Positions 51,201 to 64,000 of a DNA stretch of 64,000 nucleotides are shown piece after piece (the stretch's first letter is position 1; each line of letters opens with the position of its first letter). Position numbers and translations under genes: made by a program. The stretch comes from Eledone cirrhosa (taxonomy: Eukaryota): positions 22,878,001 to 22,942,000 of the forward strand of contig OZ024741.1 of the NCBI GenBank assembly GCA_964016885.1, given 5' to 3'. A model generated the notes under the pieces. That model was not told the origin of the DNA and ran no database searches. It saw nothing but the letters and a program-made list of their open reading frames with translations.

Positions 51201-54200
51201 ATGGTAGTACTGGTACCACAATAAAAGCTCAGAGTACAGTGTAAAATGGTAGTACTGGTACCACAATAAAAGCAAGCAGTACAGTGTAAAATGGTATTAC
51301 TGGTACCACAATAAAAGCAAGCAGTACAGTGTAAAATGGTAGTACTGGTACCACAATAAAAGCTCACAGTACAGTGCAAAATGGTAGTACTGGTATCACA
51401 ATAAAAGCAAGCAGTACAGTGTAAAATGGTAGTACTGGTACCACAATAAAAGCAAGCAGTACAGTGTAAAATGGTAGTACTGGTACCAAAATAAAAGCTC
51501 ACAGTACAGTGTAAAATGGTAGTACTGGTACCACAAAAAAAGCAAGCAGTACAGTGTAAAATGGTAGTACTGGTACCACAAAAAAAGCAAGCAGTACAGT
51601 GTAAAATGGTAGTACTGGTACCACAATAAAAGCACGCAGTACAGTGTAAAATGGTAGTACTGGTCCCACAATAAAATCTCACAGTACAGCGTAAAATGGT
51701 AGTACGGGTACCACAATATAAGCAAGCAGTACAGTTTAAAATGGTAGTACTGGTACCACAATAAAAGCAAGCAGTACAGTGTAAAATGGTAGTACTGGTA
51801 CCACAATAAAAGCACGCAGTCCAGTGTAAAATGGTAGTACTGGTACCACAATAAAAGCAAGCAGTAGAGTGTAAAATGGTAGTACTGGTACCAAAATAAA
51901 AGCTCACAGTACAGTGTAAAATGGTAGTACTGGTACCACAATAAAAGCAAGCAGTAGAGTGTAAAATGGTAGTACTGGTAACACAATAAAAGCAAGCAGT
52001 ACAGTGTAAAATGGTAGTACTGGTACCACAATAAAAGCAAGCAGTACAGTGTAAAATGGTAGTACTGGTACCACAATAACAGCAAGCAGTACAGTGTAAA
52101 ATGGTAGTACTGGCACCACAATAAAAGCTCACAGTACAGTGTAAAATGGTAGTACTGGTACCACAATAAAAGCTCACAGTACAGTGTAAAATGGTAGTAC
52201 TGGTACCACAATAAAAGCTCACAGTACAGTGTAAAATGATAGTACTGGTACCACAATAAAAGCAAGCAGTACAGTGCAAAATGGTAGTAATGGTACCACA
52301 AAAGCACGCAGTGCAGTGTAAAATGGTAGTACTGGTACCACAATAAAAGCAAGCAGTACGGTGTAAAATGGTGGTACTGGTACCACAATAAAAGCAAGCA
52401 GTACAGTGTAAAATGGTAGTACTGGTATCACAATGGAAGCAAGCAGTACAGTGTAAAATGGTAGCACTGGTACCACAATAAAAGCACGCAGAACAGTGTA
52501 AAATGGTAGTACTGGTACCACAATAAAAGCACGCAGTACCGTGTAAAATGGTAGTACTGGTACCACAATAAAAGCATGCAGTACTCACTGTAAAATGTTA
52601 GTACTGGTACCACAATAAAAGCTCCCAGTACACACTGTAAAATGGTAGTACTGGTACCACAATGAAAGCTCACAGTACAGTGTAAAATGGTAGTACTGGT
52701 ACCACAATAAAAGCAAGCAGTACAGTGTAAAATGGTAGTACTGGTACCACAATAAAAGCAAGCAGTACAGTGTAAAATGGTAGTACTGGTACCATAATAA
52801 AAGCTCACAGTACAGTGTAAAATGGTAGTACTGGTACCACAATAAAAGCACGCGTTACACACTGTAAAATGGTAGTACTGGTACCACAATAAAAGCTCAC
52901 AGTACACACTGTAAAATGGTAGTACTGGTACCACAATAAAAGCAAGCAGTACAGTGTAAAATGGTAGTACTGGTACCATAATAAAAGCTCACGGTACAGT
53001 GTAAAATGGTAGTACTGGTACCACAATAAAAGCAAGCAGTACAGTGTAAAATGGTAGTATTGGTACCACAATAAAAGCACGCAGTACAGTGTAAAATGGT
53101 AGTACTGGTACCACAATAAAAGCAAGCAGTACAGTGTAAAATGGTAGTACTGGTACCACAATAGAAAGCAAGCAGTACAATGTAAAATGGTAGTACTGGT
53201 ACCACAAACGCACGCAGTACAGTGTAAAATGGTAGTACTGGTACCACAATAAAAGCAAGCAGTACAGTGTAAAATGGTAGTACTGGTACCACAATAAAAG
53301 CAAGCAGTACAGTGTAAAATGGTAGTACTGGTACCACAATAAAAGCAAGCAGTACAGTGTAAAATGGTATTACTGGTACCACAATAAAAGCAAGCAGTAC
53401 AGTGTAAAATGGTAGTACTGGTACCACAATAAAAGCTCACAGTACAGTGCAAAATGGTAGTACTGGTATCACAATAAAAGCAAGCAGTACAGTGTAAAAT
53501 GGTAGTACTGGTACCACAATAAAAGCAAGCAGTACAGTGTAAAATGGTAGTACTGGTACCACAATAAAAGCAAGCAGTACAGTGTAAAATGGTAGTACTG
53601 GTACCACAATAAAAGCACGCAGTCCAGTGTAAAATGGTAGTACTGGTACCACAATAAAAGCAAGCAGTAGAGTGTAAAATGGTAGTACTGGTACCAAAAT
53701 AAAAGCTCACAGTACAGTGTAAAATGGTAGTACTGGTACCACAATAAAAGCAAGCAGTAGAGTGTAAAATGGTAGTACTGGTACCACAATAAAAGCAAGC
53801 AGTACAGTGTAAAATGGTAGTACTCGTACCACAATAAAAGCAAGCAGTACAGTGTAAAATGGTAGTACTGGTACAATAAAAGCAAGCAGTACAGTGTAAA
53901 ATGGTAGTACTGGTACCACAATAACAGCAAGCAGTAGAGTGTAAAATGGTAGTACTGGCACCACAATAAAAGCTCACAGTACAGTGTAAAATGGTAGTAC
54001 TGGTACCACAATAAAAGCTCACAGTACAGTGTAAAATGGTAGTACTGGTACCACAATAAAAGCTCACAGTACAGTGTACAATGGTAGTACTGGTACCACA
54101 ATAAAAGCAAGCAGTACAGTGTAAAATGGTAGTACTGGAACCACAATAAAAGCAAGCAGTACAGCGTAAAATGGTAGTACTGGTACCACAATAAAAGCAC

Positions 54201-57200
54201 GCAGTACACACTGTAAAATGGTAGTACTGGTACCACAATAAAAGCACGCAGTACACACTGTAAAATGGTAGTACTGGTACCACAATAAAAGCTCACAGTA
54301 CAGTGCAAAATGGTAGTACTGGTACCACAATAAAAGCTCACAGTACAGTGTAAAATGGTAGTACTGGTACCACAATAAAAGCAAGCAGTACAGTGTAAAA
54401 TGGTAGTACTGGTACCACAATAAAAGCTCGCAGTACAGTGTAAAATGGTAGTACTGGTACCACAATAAAAGCACGCAGTCCAGTGTAAAATGCTAGTACT
54501 GGTACCACAATAAAAGCAAGCAGGACAGTGTAAAATGGTAGTACTGGTACCACAATAAAAGCAAGCAGTACAGTGTAAAATGGTAGTACTGGTACCACAA
54601 TAAAAGCTCACAGTACAGTGTAAAAGGGTAGTACAGGTACCATAATAAAAGCTCACAGTACAGTGTAAAATGGTAGTACTGGTACCACAATAACAGCAAG
54701 CAGTACAGTGTAAAATGGTAGTACTGGTACCACAATAAAAGCAAGCAGTACAGTGTAAAATGGTAGTACTGGTACCACAATAAAAGCAAGCAGTACAGTG
54801 CAAAATCGTAGTACTGGTACCACAATAAAAGCCCACAGTACAGTGTAAAATGGTAGTACTGGTACCTCAATAAAAGCACGCAGTACAGTGTAAAATGGTA
54901 GTACTGGTACCACAATAAAAGCTCACAGTACAGACTGTAAAATGGTAGTACTGGTACCACAATAAAAGCAAGCAGTACAGTGTAAAATGGTAGTACTAGT
55001 ACCACAATAAAAGCACGCAGTACAGTGTAAAATGGTAGTACTGGTACCACAATAAAAGCAAGCAGTACAGTGTAAAATACTAGTACTGGTACCACAATAG
55101 AAAGCAAGCAGTACAGTGCAAAATGGTAGTACTGGTACCACAAAAGCACGCAGTGCAGTGTAAAATGGTAGTACTGGTACCACAATAAAAGCAAGCAGTA
55201 CGGTGTAAAATGGTAGTACTGGTACCACAATAAAAGCAAGCAGTACAGTGTAAAATGGTAGTACTGGTACCACAATGGAAGCAAGCAGTACAGTGTAAAA
55301 TGGTAGCACTGGTACCACAATAAAAGCACGCAGAACAGTGTAAAATGGTAGTACTGGTACCACAATAAAAGCACGCAGTACCGTGTAAAATGGTAGTACT
55401 GGTACCACAATAAAAGCATGCAGTACTCACTGTAAAATGGTAGTACTGGTACCACAATAAAAGCTCACAGTACACACTGTAAAATGGTAGTACTGGTACC
55501 ACAATGAAAGCTCACAGTACAGTGTAAAGTGGTAGTACTGGTACCACAATAAAAGCTCACAGTACAGTGTAAAATGGTAGTACTGGTACCACAATAAAAG
55601 CTCAAAGTACAGTGTAAAATGGTAGTACTGGTACCACAATAAAAGCAAGCAGTACAGTGTAAAATGGTAGTACTGGAACCACAATAAAAGCAAGCAGTAC
55701 AGCGTAAAATGGTAGTACTGGTACCACAATAAAAGCACGCAGTACACACTGTAAAATGGTAGTACTGGTACCACAATAAAAGCACGCGGTACACACTGTA
55801 AAATGGTAGTACTGGTACCACAATAAAAGCAAGCAGTACAGTGTAAAATGGTAGTACTGGTACCACAATAAAAGCAAGCAGTACAGCGTAAAATGGTAGT
55901 ACTGGTACCACAATAAAAGCACGCAGTACACACTGTAAAATGGTAGTACTGGTACCACAATAAAAGCACGCAGTACACACTGTAAAATGGTAGTACTGGT
56001 ACCACAATAAAAGCTCACAGTACAGTGTAAAATGGTAGTACTGGTACCACAATAAACGCAAGCAGTACAGTGTAAAATGGTAGTACTGGTGCCACAATAA
56101 AAGCTCACAGTACAGTGTAAAATGGTAGTACTGGTACCACAATAAAAGCAAGCAGTACAGTGTAAAATGGTAGTACTGGTACCACAATAAAAGCTCGCAG
56201 TACAGTGTAAAATGGTAGTACTGGTACCACAATAAAAGCACGCAGTCCAGTGTAAAATGGTAGTACTGGTACCACAATAAAAGCAAGCAGGACAGTGTAA
56301 AATGGTAGTACTGGTACCACAATAAAAGCTCACAGTACAGTGTAAAATGGTAGTACTGGTACCACAATAAAAGCAAGCAGTACAGTGTAAAAGGGTAGTA
56401 CAGGAACCACAATAAAAGCTCACAGTACAGTGTAAAATGGTAGTACTGGTACCACAATAACAGCAAGCAGTACAGTGTAAAATGGTAGTACTGGTAACAC
56501 AATAAAAGCTCACAGTACAGTGTAAAATGGTAGTACTGGTACCACAATAAAAGCAAGCAGTACAGTGTAAAATCGTAGTACTGGTACCACAATAAAAGCC
56601 CACAGTACAGTGTAAAATGGTAGTACTGGAACCTCAATAAAAGCACGCAGTACAGTGTAAAATGGTAGTACTGGTACCACAATAAAAGCAAGCAGTACAG
56701 TGTAAAATAGTAGTACTGGTACCACAATAAAAGCAAGCAGTACAGTGTAAAATGGTAGTACTGGTACCATAATAAAAGCTCACAGTACAGTGTAAAATGG
56801 TAGTACTGGTACCACAATAAAAGCTCACAGTACACACTGTAAAATGGTAGTACTGGTACCACAATAAAAGCAAGCAGTACAGTGTAAAATGGTAGTACTG
56901 GTACCATAATAAAAGCTCACGGTACAGTGTAAAATGGTAGTACTGGTACCACAATAAAAGCAAGCAGTACAGTGTAAAATGGTAGTACTGGTACCACAAT
57001 AAAAGCACGCAGTACAGTGTAAAATGGTAGTACTGGTACCACAATAAAAGCAAGCAGTACAGTGTAAAATGGTAGTACTGGTACCACAATAGAAAGCAAG
57101 CAGTACAATGTAAAATGGTAGTACTGGTACCACAAACGCACGCAGTAGTGTAAAATGGTAGTACTGGTACCACAATACAAGCAAGCAGTACAGTGTAAAA

Positions 57201-60200
57201 TGGTAGTACTGGTACCACAATAAAAGCAAGCAGTACAGTGTAAAATGGTAGTACTGGTACCACAATAAAAGCAAGCAGTACAGCGTAAAATGGTAGTACT
57301 GGTACCACAATAAAAGCACGCAGTACACACTGTAAAATGGTAGTACTGGTACCACAATAAAAGCACGCGGTACACACTGTAAAATGGTAGTACTGGTACC
57401 ACAATAAAAGCAAGCAGTACAGTGTAAAATGGTATTACTGGTACCACAATAAAAGCAAGCAGTACAGTGTAAAATGGTAGTACTGGTACCACAATAAAAG
57501 CTCACAGTACAGTGCAAAATGGTAGTACTGGTATCACAATAAAAGCAAGCAGTACAGTGTAAAATGGTAGTACTGGTACCACAATAAAAGCAAGCAGTAC
57601 AGTGTAAAATGGTAGTACTGGTACCACAATAAAAGCAAGCAGTACAGTGTAAAATGGTAGTACTGGTACCACAATAAAAGCACGCAGTCCAGTGTAAAAT
57701 GGTAGTACTGGTACCACAATAAAAGCAAGCAGTAGAGTGTAAAATGGTAGTACTGGTACCAAAATAAAAGCTCACAGTACAGTGTAAAATGGTAGTACTG
57801 GTACCACAATAAAAGCAAGCAGTAGAGTGTAAAATGGTAGTACTGGTACCACAATAAAAGCAAGCAGTACAGTGTAAAATGGTAGTACTCGTACCACAAT
57901 AAAAGCAAGCAGTACAGTGTAAAATGGTAGTACTGGTACAATAAAAGCAAGCAGTACAGTGTAAAATGGTAGTACTGGTACCACAATAACAGCAAGCAGT
58001 AGAGTGTAAAATGGTAGTACTGGCACCACAATAAAAGCTCACAGTACAGTGTAAAATGGTAGTACTGGTACCACAATAAAAGCTCACAGTACAGTGTAAA
58101 ATGGTAGTACTGGTACCACAATAAAAGCTCACAGTACAGTGTACAATGGTAGTACTGGTACCACAATAAAAGCAAGCAGTACAGTGTAAAATGGTAGTAC
58201 TGGAACCACAATAAAAGCAAGCAGTACAGCGTAAAATGGTAGTACTGGTACCACAATAAAAGCACGCAGTACACACTGTAAAATGGTAGTACTGGTACCA
58301 CAATAAAAGCACGCAGTACACACTGTAAAATGGTAGTACTGGTACCACAATAAAAGCTCACAGTACAGTGCAAAATGGTAGTACTGGTACCACAATAAAA
58401 GCTCACAGTACAGTGTAAAATGGTAGTACTGGTACCACAATAAAAGCAAGCAGTACAGTGTAAAATGGTAGTACTGGTACCACAATAAAAGCTCGCAGTA
58501 CAGTGTAAAATGGTAGTACTGGTACCACAATAAAAGCACGCAGTCCAGTGTAAAATGGTAGTACTGGTACCACAATAAAAGCAAGCAGGACAGTGTAAAA
58601 TGGTAGTACTGGTACCACAATAAAAGCAAGCAGTACAGTGTAAAATGGTAGTACTGGTACCACAATAAAAGCTCACAGTACAGTGTAAAAGGGTAGTACA
58701 GGTACCATAATAAAAGCTCACAGTACAGTGTAAAATGGTAGTACTGGTACCACAATAACAGCAAGCAGTACAGTGTAAAATGGTAGTACTGGTACCACAA
58801 TAAAAGCAAGCAGTACAGTGTAAAATGGTAGTACTGGTACCACAATAAAAGCACGCAGTCCAGTGTAAAATGGTAGTACTGGTACCACAATAAAAGCAAG
58901 CAGTAGAGTGTAAAATGGTAGTACTGGTACCAAAATAAAAGCTCACAGTACAGTGTAAAATGGTAGTACTGGTACCACAATAAAAGCAAGCAGTAGAGTG
59001 TAAAATGGTAGTACTGGTACCACAATAAAAGCAAGCAGTACAGTGTAAAATGGTAGTACTCGTACCACAATAAAAGCAAGCAGTACAGTGTAAAATGGTA
59101 GTACTGGTACAATAAAAGCAAGCAGTACAGTGTAAAATGGTAGTACTGGTACCACAATAACAGCAAGCAGTAGAGTGTAAAATGGTAGTACTGGCACCAC
59201 AATAAAAGCTCACAGTACAGTGTAAAATGGTAGTACTGGTACCACAATAAAAGCTCACAGTACAGTGTAAAATGGTAGTACTGGTACCACAATAAAAGCT
59301 CACAGTACAGTGTACAATGGTAGTACTGGTACCACAATAAAAGCAAGCAGTACAGTGTAAAATGGTAGTACTGGAACCACAATAAAAGCAAGCAGTACAG
59401 CGTAAAATGGTAGTACTGGTACCACAATAAAAGCACGCAGTACACACTGTAAAATGGTAGTACTGGTACCACAATAAAAGCACGCAGTACACACTGTAAA
59501 ATGGTAGTACTGGTACCACAATAAAAGCTCACAGTACAGTGCAAAATGGTAGTACTGGTACCACAATAAAAGCTCACAGTACAGTGTAAAATGGTAGTAC
59601 TGGTACCACAATAAAAGCAAGCAGTACAGTGTAAAATGGTAGTACTGGTACCACAATAAAAGCTCGCAGTACAGTGTAAAATGGTAGTACTGGTACCACA
59701 ATAAAAGCACGCAGTCCAGTGTAAAATGCTAGTACTGGTACCACAATAAAAGCAAGCAGGACAGTGTAAAATGGTAGTACTGGTACCACAATAAAAGCAA
59801 GCAGTACAGTGTAAAATGGTAGTACTGGTACCACAATAAAAGCTCACAGTACAGTGTAAAAGGGTAGTACAGGTACCATAATAAAAGCTCACAGTACAGT
59901 GTAAAATGGTAGTACTGGTACCACAATAACAGCAAGCAGTACAGTGTAAAATGGTAGTACTGGTACCACAATAAAAGCAAGCAGTACAGTGTAAAATGGT
60001 AGTACTGGTACCACAATAAAAGCAAGCAGTACAGTGCAAAATCGTAGTACTGGTACCACAATAAAAGCCCACAGTACAGTGTAAAATGGTAGTACTGGTA
60101 CCTCAATAAAAGCACGCAGTACAGTGTAAAATGGTAGTACTGGTACCACAATAAAAGCTCACAGTACAGACTGTAAAATGGTAGTACTGGTACCACAATA

Positions 60201-63200
60201 AAAGCAAGCAGTACAGTGTAAAATGGTAGTACTAGTACCACAATAAAAGCACGCAGTACAGTGTAAAATGGTAGTACTGGTACCACAATAAAAGCAAGCA
60301 GTACAGTGTAAAATACTAGTACTGGTACCACAATAGAAAGCAAGCAGTACAGTGCAAAATGGTAGTACTGGTACCACAAAAGCACGCAGTGCAGTGTAAA
60401 ATGGTAGTACTGGTACCACAATAAAAGCAAGCAGTACGGTGTAAAATGGTAGTACTGGTACCACAATAAAAGCAAGCAGTACAGTGTAAAATGGTAGTAC
60501 TGGTACCACAATGGAAGCAAGCAGTACAGTGTAAAATGGTAGCACTGGTACCACAATAAAAGCACGCAGAACAGTGTAAAATGGTAGTACTGGTACCACA
60601 ATAAAAGCACGCAGTACCGTGTAAAATGGTAGTACTGGTACCACAATAAAAGCATGCAGTACTCACTGTAAAATGGTAGTACTGGTACCACAATAAAAGC
60701 TCACAGTACACACTGTAAAATGGTAGTACTGGTACCACAATGAAAGCTCACAGTACAGTGTAAAGTGGTAGTACTGGTACCACAATAAAAGCTCACAGTA
60801 CAGTGTAAAATGGTAGTACTGGTACCACAATAAAAGCTCAAAGTACAGTGTAAAATGGTAGTACTGGTACCACAATAAAAGCAAGCAGTACAGTGTAAAA
60901 TGGTAGTACTGGAACCACAATAAAAGCAAGCAGTACAGCGTAAAATGGTAGTACTGGTACCACAATAAAAGCACGCAGTACACACTGTAAAATGGTAGTA
61001 CTGGTACCACAATAAAAGCACGCGGTACACACTGTAAAATGGTAGTACTGGTACCACAATAAAAGCAAGCAGTACAGTGTAAAATGGTAGTACTGGTACC
61101 ACAATAAAAGCAAGCAGTACAGCGTAAAATGGTAGTACTGGTACCACAATAAAAGCACGCAGTACACACTGTAAAATGGTAGTACTGGTACCACAATAAA
61201 AGCACGCAGTACACACTGTAAAATGGTAGTACTGGTACCACAATAAAAGCTCACAGTACAGTGTAAAATGGTAGTACTGGTACCACAATAAACGCAAGCA
61301 GTACAGTGTAAAATGGTAGTACTGGTGCCACAATAAAAGCTCACAGTACAGTGTAAAATGGTAGTACTGGTACCACAATAAAAGCAAGCAGTACAGTGTA
61401 AAATGGTAGTACTGGTACCACAATAAAAGCTCGCAGTACAGTGTAAAATGGTAGTACTGGTACCACAATAAAAGCACGCAGTCCAGTGTAAAATGGTAGT
61501 ACTGGTACCACAATAAAAGCAAGCAGGACAGTGTAAAATGGTAGTACTGGTACCACAATAAAAGCTCACAGTACAGTGTAAAATGGTAGTACTGGTACCA
61601 CAATAAAAGCAAGCAGTACAGTGTAAAAGGGTAGTACAGGAACCACAATAAAAGCTCACAGTACAGTGTAAAATGGTAGTACTGGTACCACAATAACAGC
61701 AAGCAGTACAGTGTAAAATGGTAGTACTGGTACCACAATAAAAGCTCACAGTACAGTGTAAAATGGTAGTACTGGTACCACAATAAAAGCAAGCAGTACA
61801 GTGTAAAATCGTAGTACTGGTACCACAATAAAAGCCCACAGTACAGTGTAAAATGGTAGTACTGGAACCTCAATAAAAGCACGCAGTACAGTGTAAAATG
61901 GTAGTACTGGTACCACAATAAAAGCAAGCAGTACAGTGTAAAATAGTAGTACTGGTACCACAATAAAAGCAAGCAGTACAGTGTAAAATGGTAGTACTGG
62001 TACCATAATAAAAGCTCACAGTACAGTGTAAAATGGTAGTACTGGTACCACAATAAAAGCTCACAGTACACACTGTAAAATGGTAGTACTGGTACCACAA
62101 TAAAAGCAAGCAGTACAGTGTAAAATGGTAGTACTGGTACCATAATAAAAGCTCACGGTACAGTGTAAAATGGTAGTACTGGTACCACAATAAAAGCAAG
62201 CAGTACAGTGTAAAATGGTAGTACTGGTACCACAATAAAAGCACGCAGTACAGTGTAAAATGGTAGTACTGGTACCACAATAAAAGCAAGCAGTACAGTG
62301 TAAAATGGTAGTACTGGTACCACAATAGAAAGCAAGCAGTACAATGTAAAATGGTAGTACTGGTACCACAAACGCACGCAGTACAGTGTAAAATGGTAGT
62401 ACTGGTACCACAATACAAGCAAGCAGTACAGTGTAAAATGGTAGTACTGGTACCACAATAAAAGCAAGCAGTACAGTGTAAAATGGTAGTACTGGTACCA
62501 CAATAAAAGCAAGCAGTACAGCGTAAAATGGTAGTACTGGTACCACAATAAAAGCACGCAGTACACACTGTAAAATGGTAGTACTGGTACCACAATAAAA
62601 GCACGCGGTACACACTGTAAAATGGTAGTACTGGTACCACAATAAAAGCAAGCAGTACAGTGTAAAATGGTATTACTGGTACCACAATAAAAGCAAGCAG
62701 TACAGTGTAAAATGGTAGTACTGGTACCACAATAAAAGCTCACAGTACAGTGCAAAATGGTAGTACTGGTATCACAATAAAAGCAAGCAGTACAGTGTAA
62801 AATGGTAGTACTGGTACCACAATAAAAGCAAGCAGTACAGTGTAAAATGGTAGTACTGGTACCACAATAAAAGCAAGCAGTACAGTGTAAAATGGTAGTA
62901 CTGGTACCACAATAAAAGCACGCAGTCCAGTGTAAAATGGTAGTACTGGTACCACAATAAAAGCAAGCAGTAGACTGTAAAATGGTAGTACTGGTACCAA
63001 AATAAAAGCTCACAGTACAGTGTAAAATGGTAGTACTGGTACCACAATAAAAGCAAGCAGTAGAGTGTAAAATGGTAGTACTGGTACCACAATAAAAGCA
63101 AGCAGTACAGTGTAAAATGGTAGTACTCGTACCACAATAAAAGCAAGCAGTACAGTGTAAAATGGTAGTACTGGTACAATAAAAGCAAGCAGTACAGTGT

Positions 63201-64000
63201 AAAATGGTAGTACTGGTACCACAATAACAGCAAGCAGTAGAGTGTAAAATGGTAGTACTGGCACCACAATAAAAGCTCACAGTACAGTGTAAAATGGTAG
63301 TACTGGTACCACAATAAAAGCTCACAGTACAGTGTAAAATGGTAGTACTGGTACCACAATAAAAGCTCACAGTACAGTGTACAATGGTAGTACTGGTACC
63401 ACAATAAAAGCAAGCAGTACAGTGTAAAATGGTAGTACTGGAACCACAATAAAAGCAAGCAGTACAGCGTAAAATGGTAGTACTGGTACCACAATAAAAG
63501 CACGCAGTACACACTGTAAAATGGTAGTACTGGTACCACAATAAAAGCACGCAGTACACACTGTAAAATGGTAGTACTGGTACCACAATAAAAGCTCACA
63601 GTACAGTGCAAAATGGTAGTACTGGTACCACAATAAAAGCTCACAGTACAGTGTAAAATGGTAGTACTGGTACCACAATAAAAGCAAGCAGTACAGTGTA
63701 AAATGGTAGTACTGGTACCACAATAAAAGCTCGCAGTACAGTGTAAAATGGTAGTACTGGTACCACAATAAAAGCACGCAGTCCAGTGTAAAATGGTAGT
63801 ACTGGTACCACAATAAAAGCAAGCAGGACAGTGTAAAATGGTAGTACTGGTACCACAATAAAAGCAAGCAGTACAGTGTAAAATGGTAGTACTGGTACCA
63901 CAATAAAAGCTCACAGTACAGTGTAAAAGGGTAGTACAGGTACCATAATAAAAGCTCACAGTACAGTGTAAAATGGTAGTACTGGTACCACAATAACAGC
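36243..64000. repeat. 45-bp satellite array, >600 monomers, runs off the window edge; intronic to gamma-tubulin
   Basis: Consensus GTGTAAAATGGTAGTACTGGTACCACAATAAAAGC(AAG/TCA/ACG)CAGTACA, with 47-bp (ACACACTGT) and rarer 42-46-bp variants. Confidence 0.99.

Noticed and set aside
36218-63993. Dozens of long minus-strand ORFs (LLLWYQYYHFTLYC / CGTSTTILHCTACFY / VVPVLPFYTVLLAFI repeats)
   Set aside because: They are translations of a 45-bp unit (divisible by 3) that lacks stops. Frames switch at every 47/43-bp variant, all three frames are similarly open, and the region is intronic.
36243-64000. CRISPR-like array (constant part plus variable slot)
   Set aside because: No unique spacers, only a few recurring 3-nt variants; no cas genes; eukaryotic intron context. 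The same applies to the 32-bp and 50-bp arrays.

Overview
AT-rich, transposon-dense animal genomic DNA. The SINE and RTE families resemble those of octopus/cephalopods, judged from recall, not a search. The only host gene I can support is gamma-tubulin: five minus-strand coding exons (35787-35873, 33072-33221, 28618-28770, 26117-26278, 25262-25462) with GT-AG boundaries; its 5' exons lie beyond the right edge. The last ~27.7 kb (36243-64000) is therefore an intronic 45-bp satellite, and the many ORFs called there are artefacts. A second intron holds a 3.5-kb 32-bp array, and a 50-bp array lies just 3' of the gene. The left 25 kb holds a non-autonomous LTR element with a tRNA-Trp PBS, a young compact Gypsy-type element inserted into a CRE-type LINE remnant, many RTE LINE copies and several MITE families. 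Main leads: (1) the Gypsy primer-binding position is complementary to the 5' end, not the 3' end, of tRNA-Phe; (2) the giant satellite monomer is homologous to a repeat in the RTE 3' UTR and has a ~5.24-kb higher-order period; (3) an RTE insertion is flanked by a duplicate of a gamma-tubulin exon end plus splice donor; (4) an RTE copy has a twin-priming-like inversion and a PHD finger inside its RT domain.
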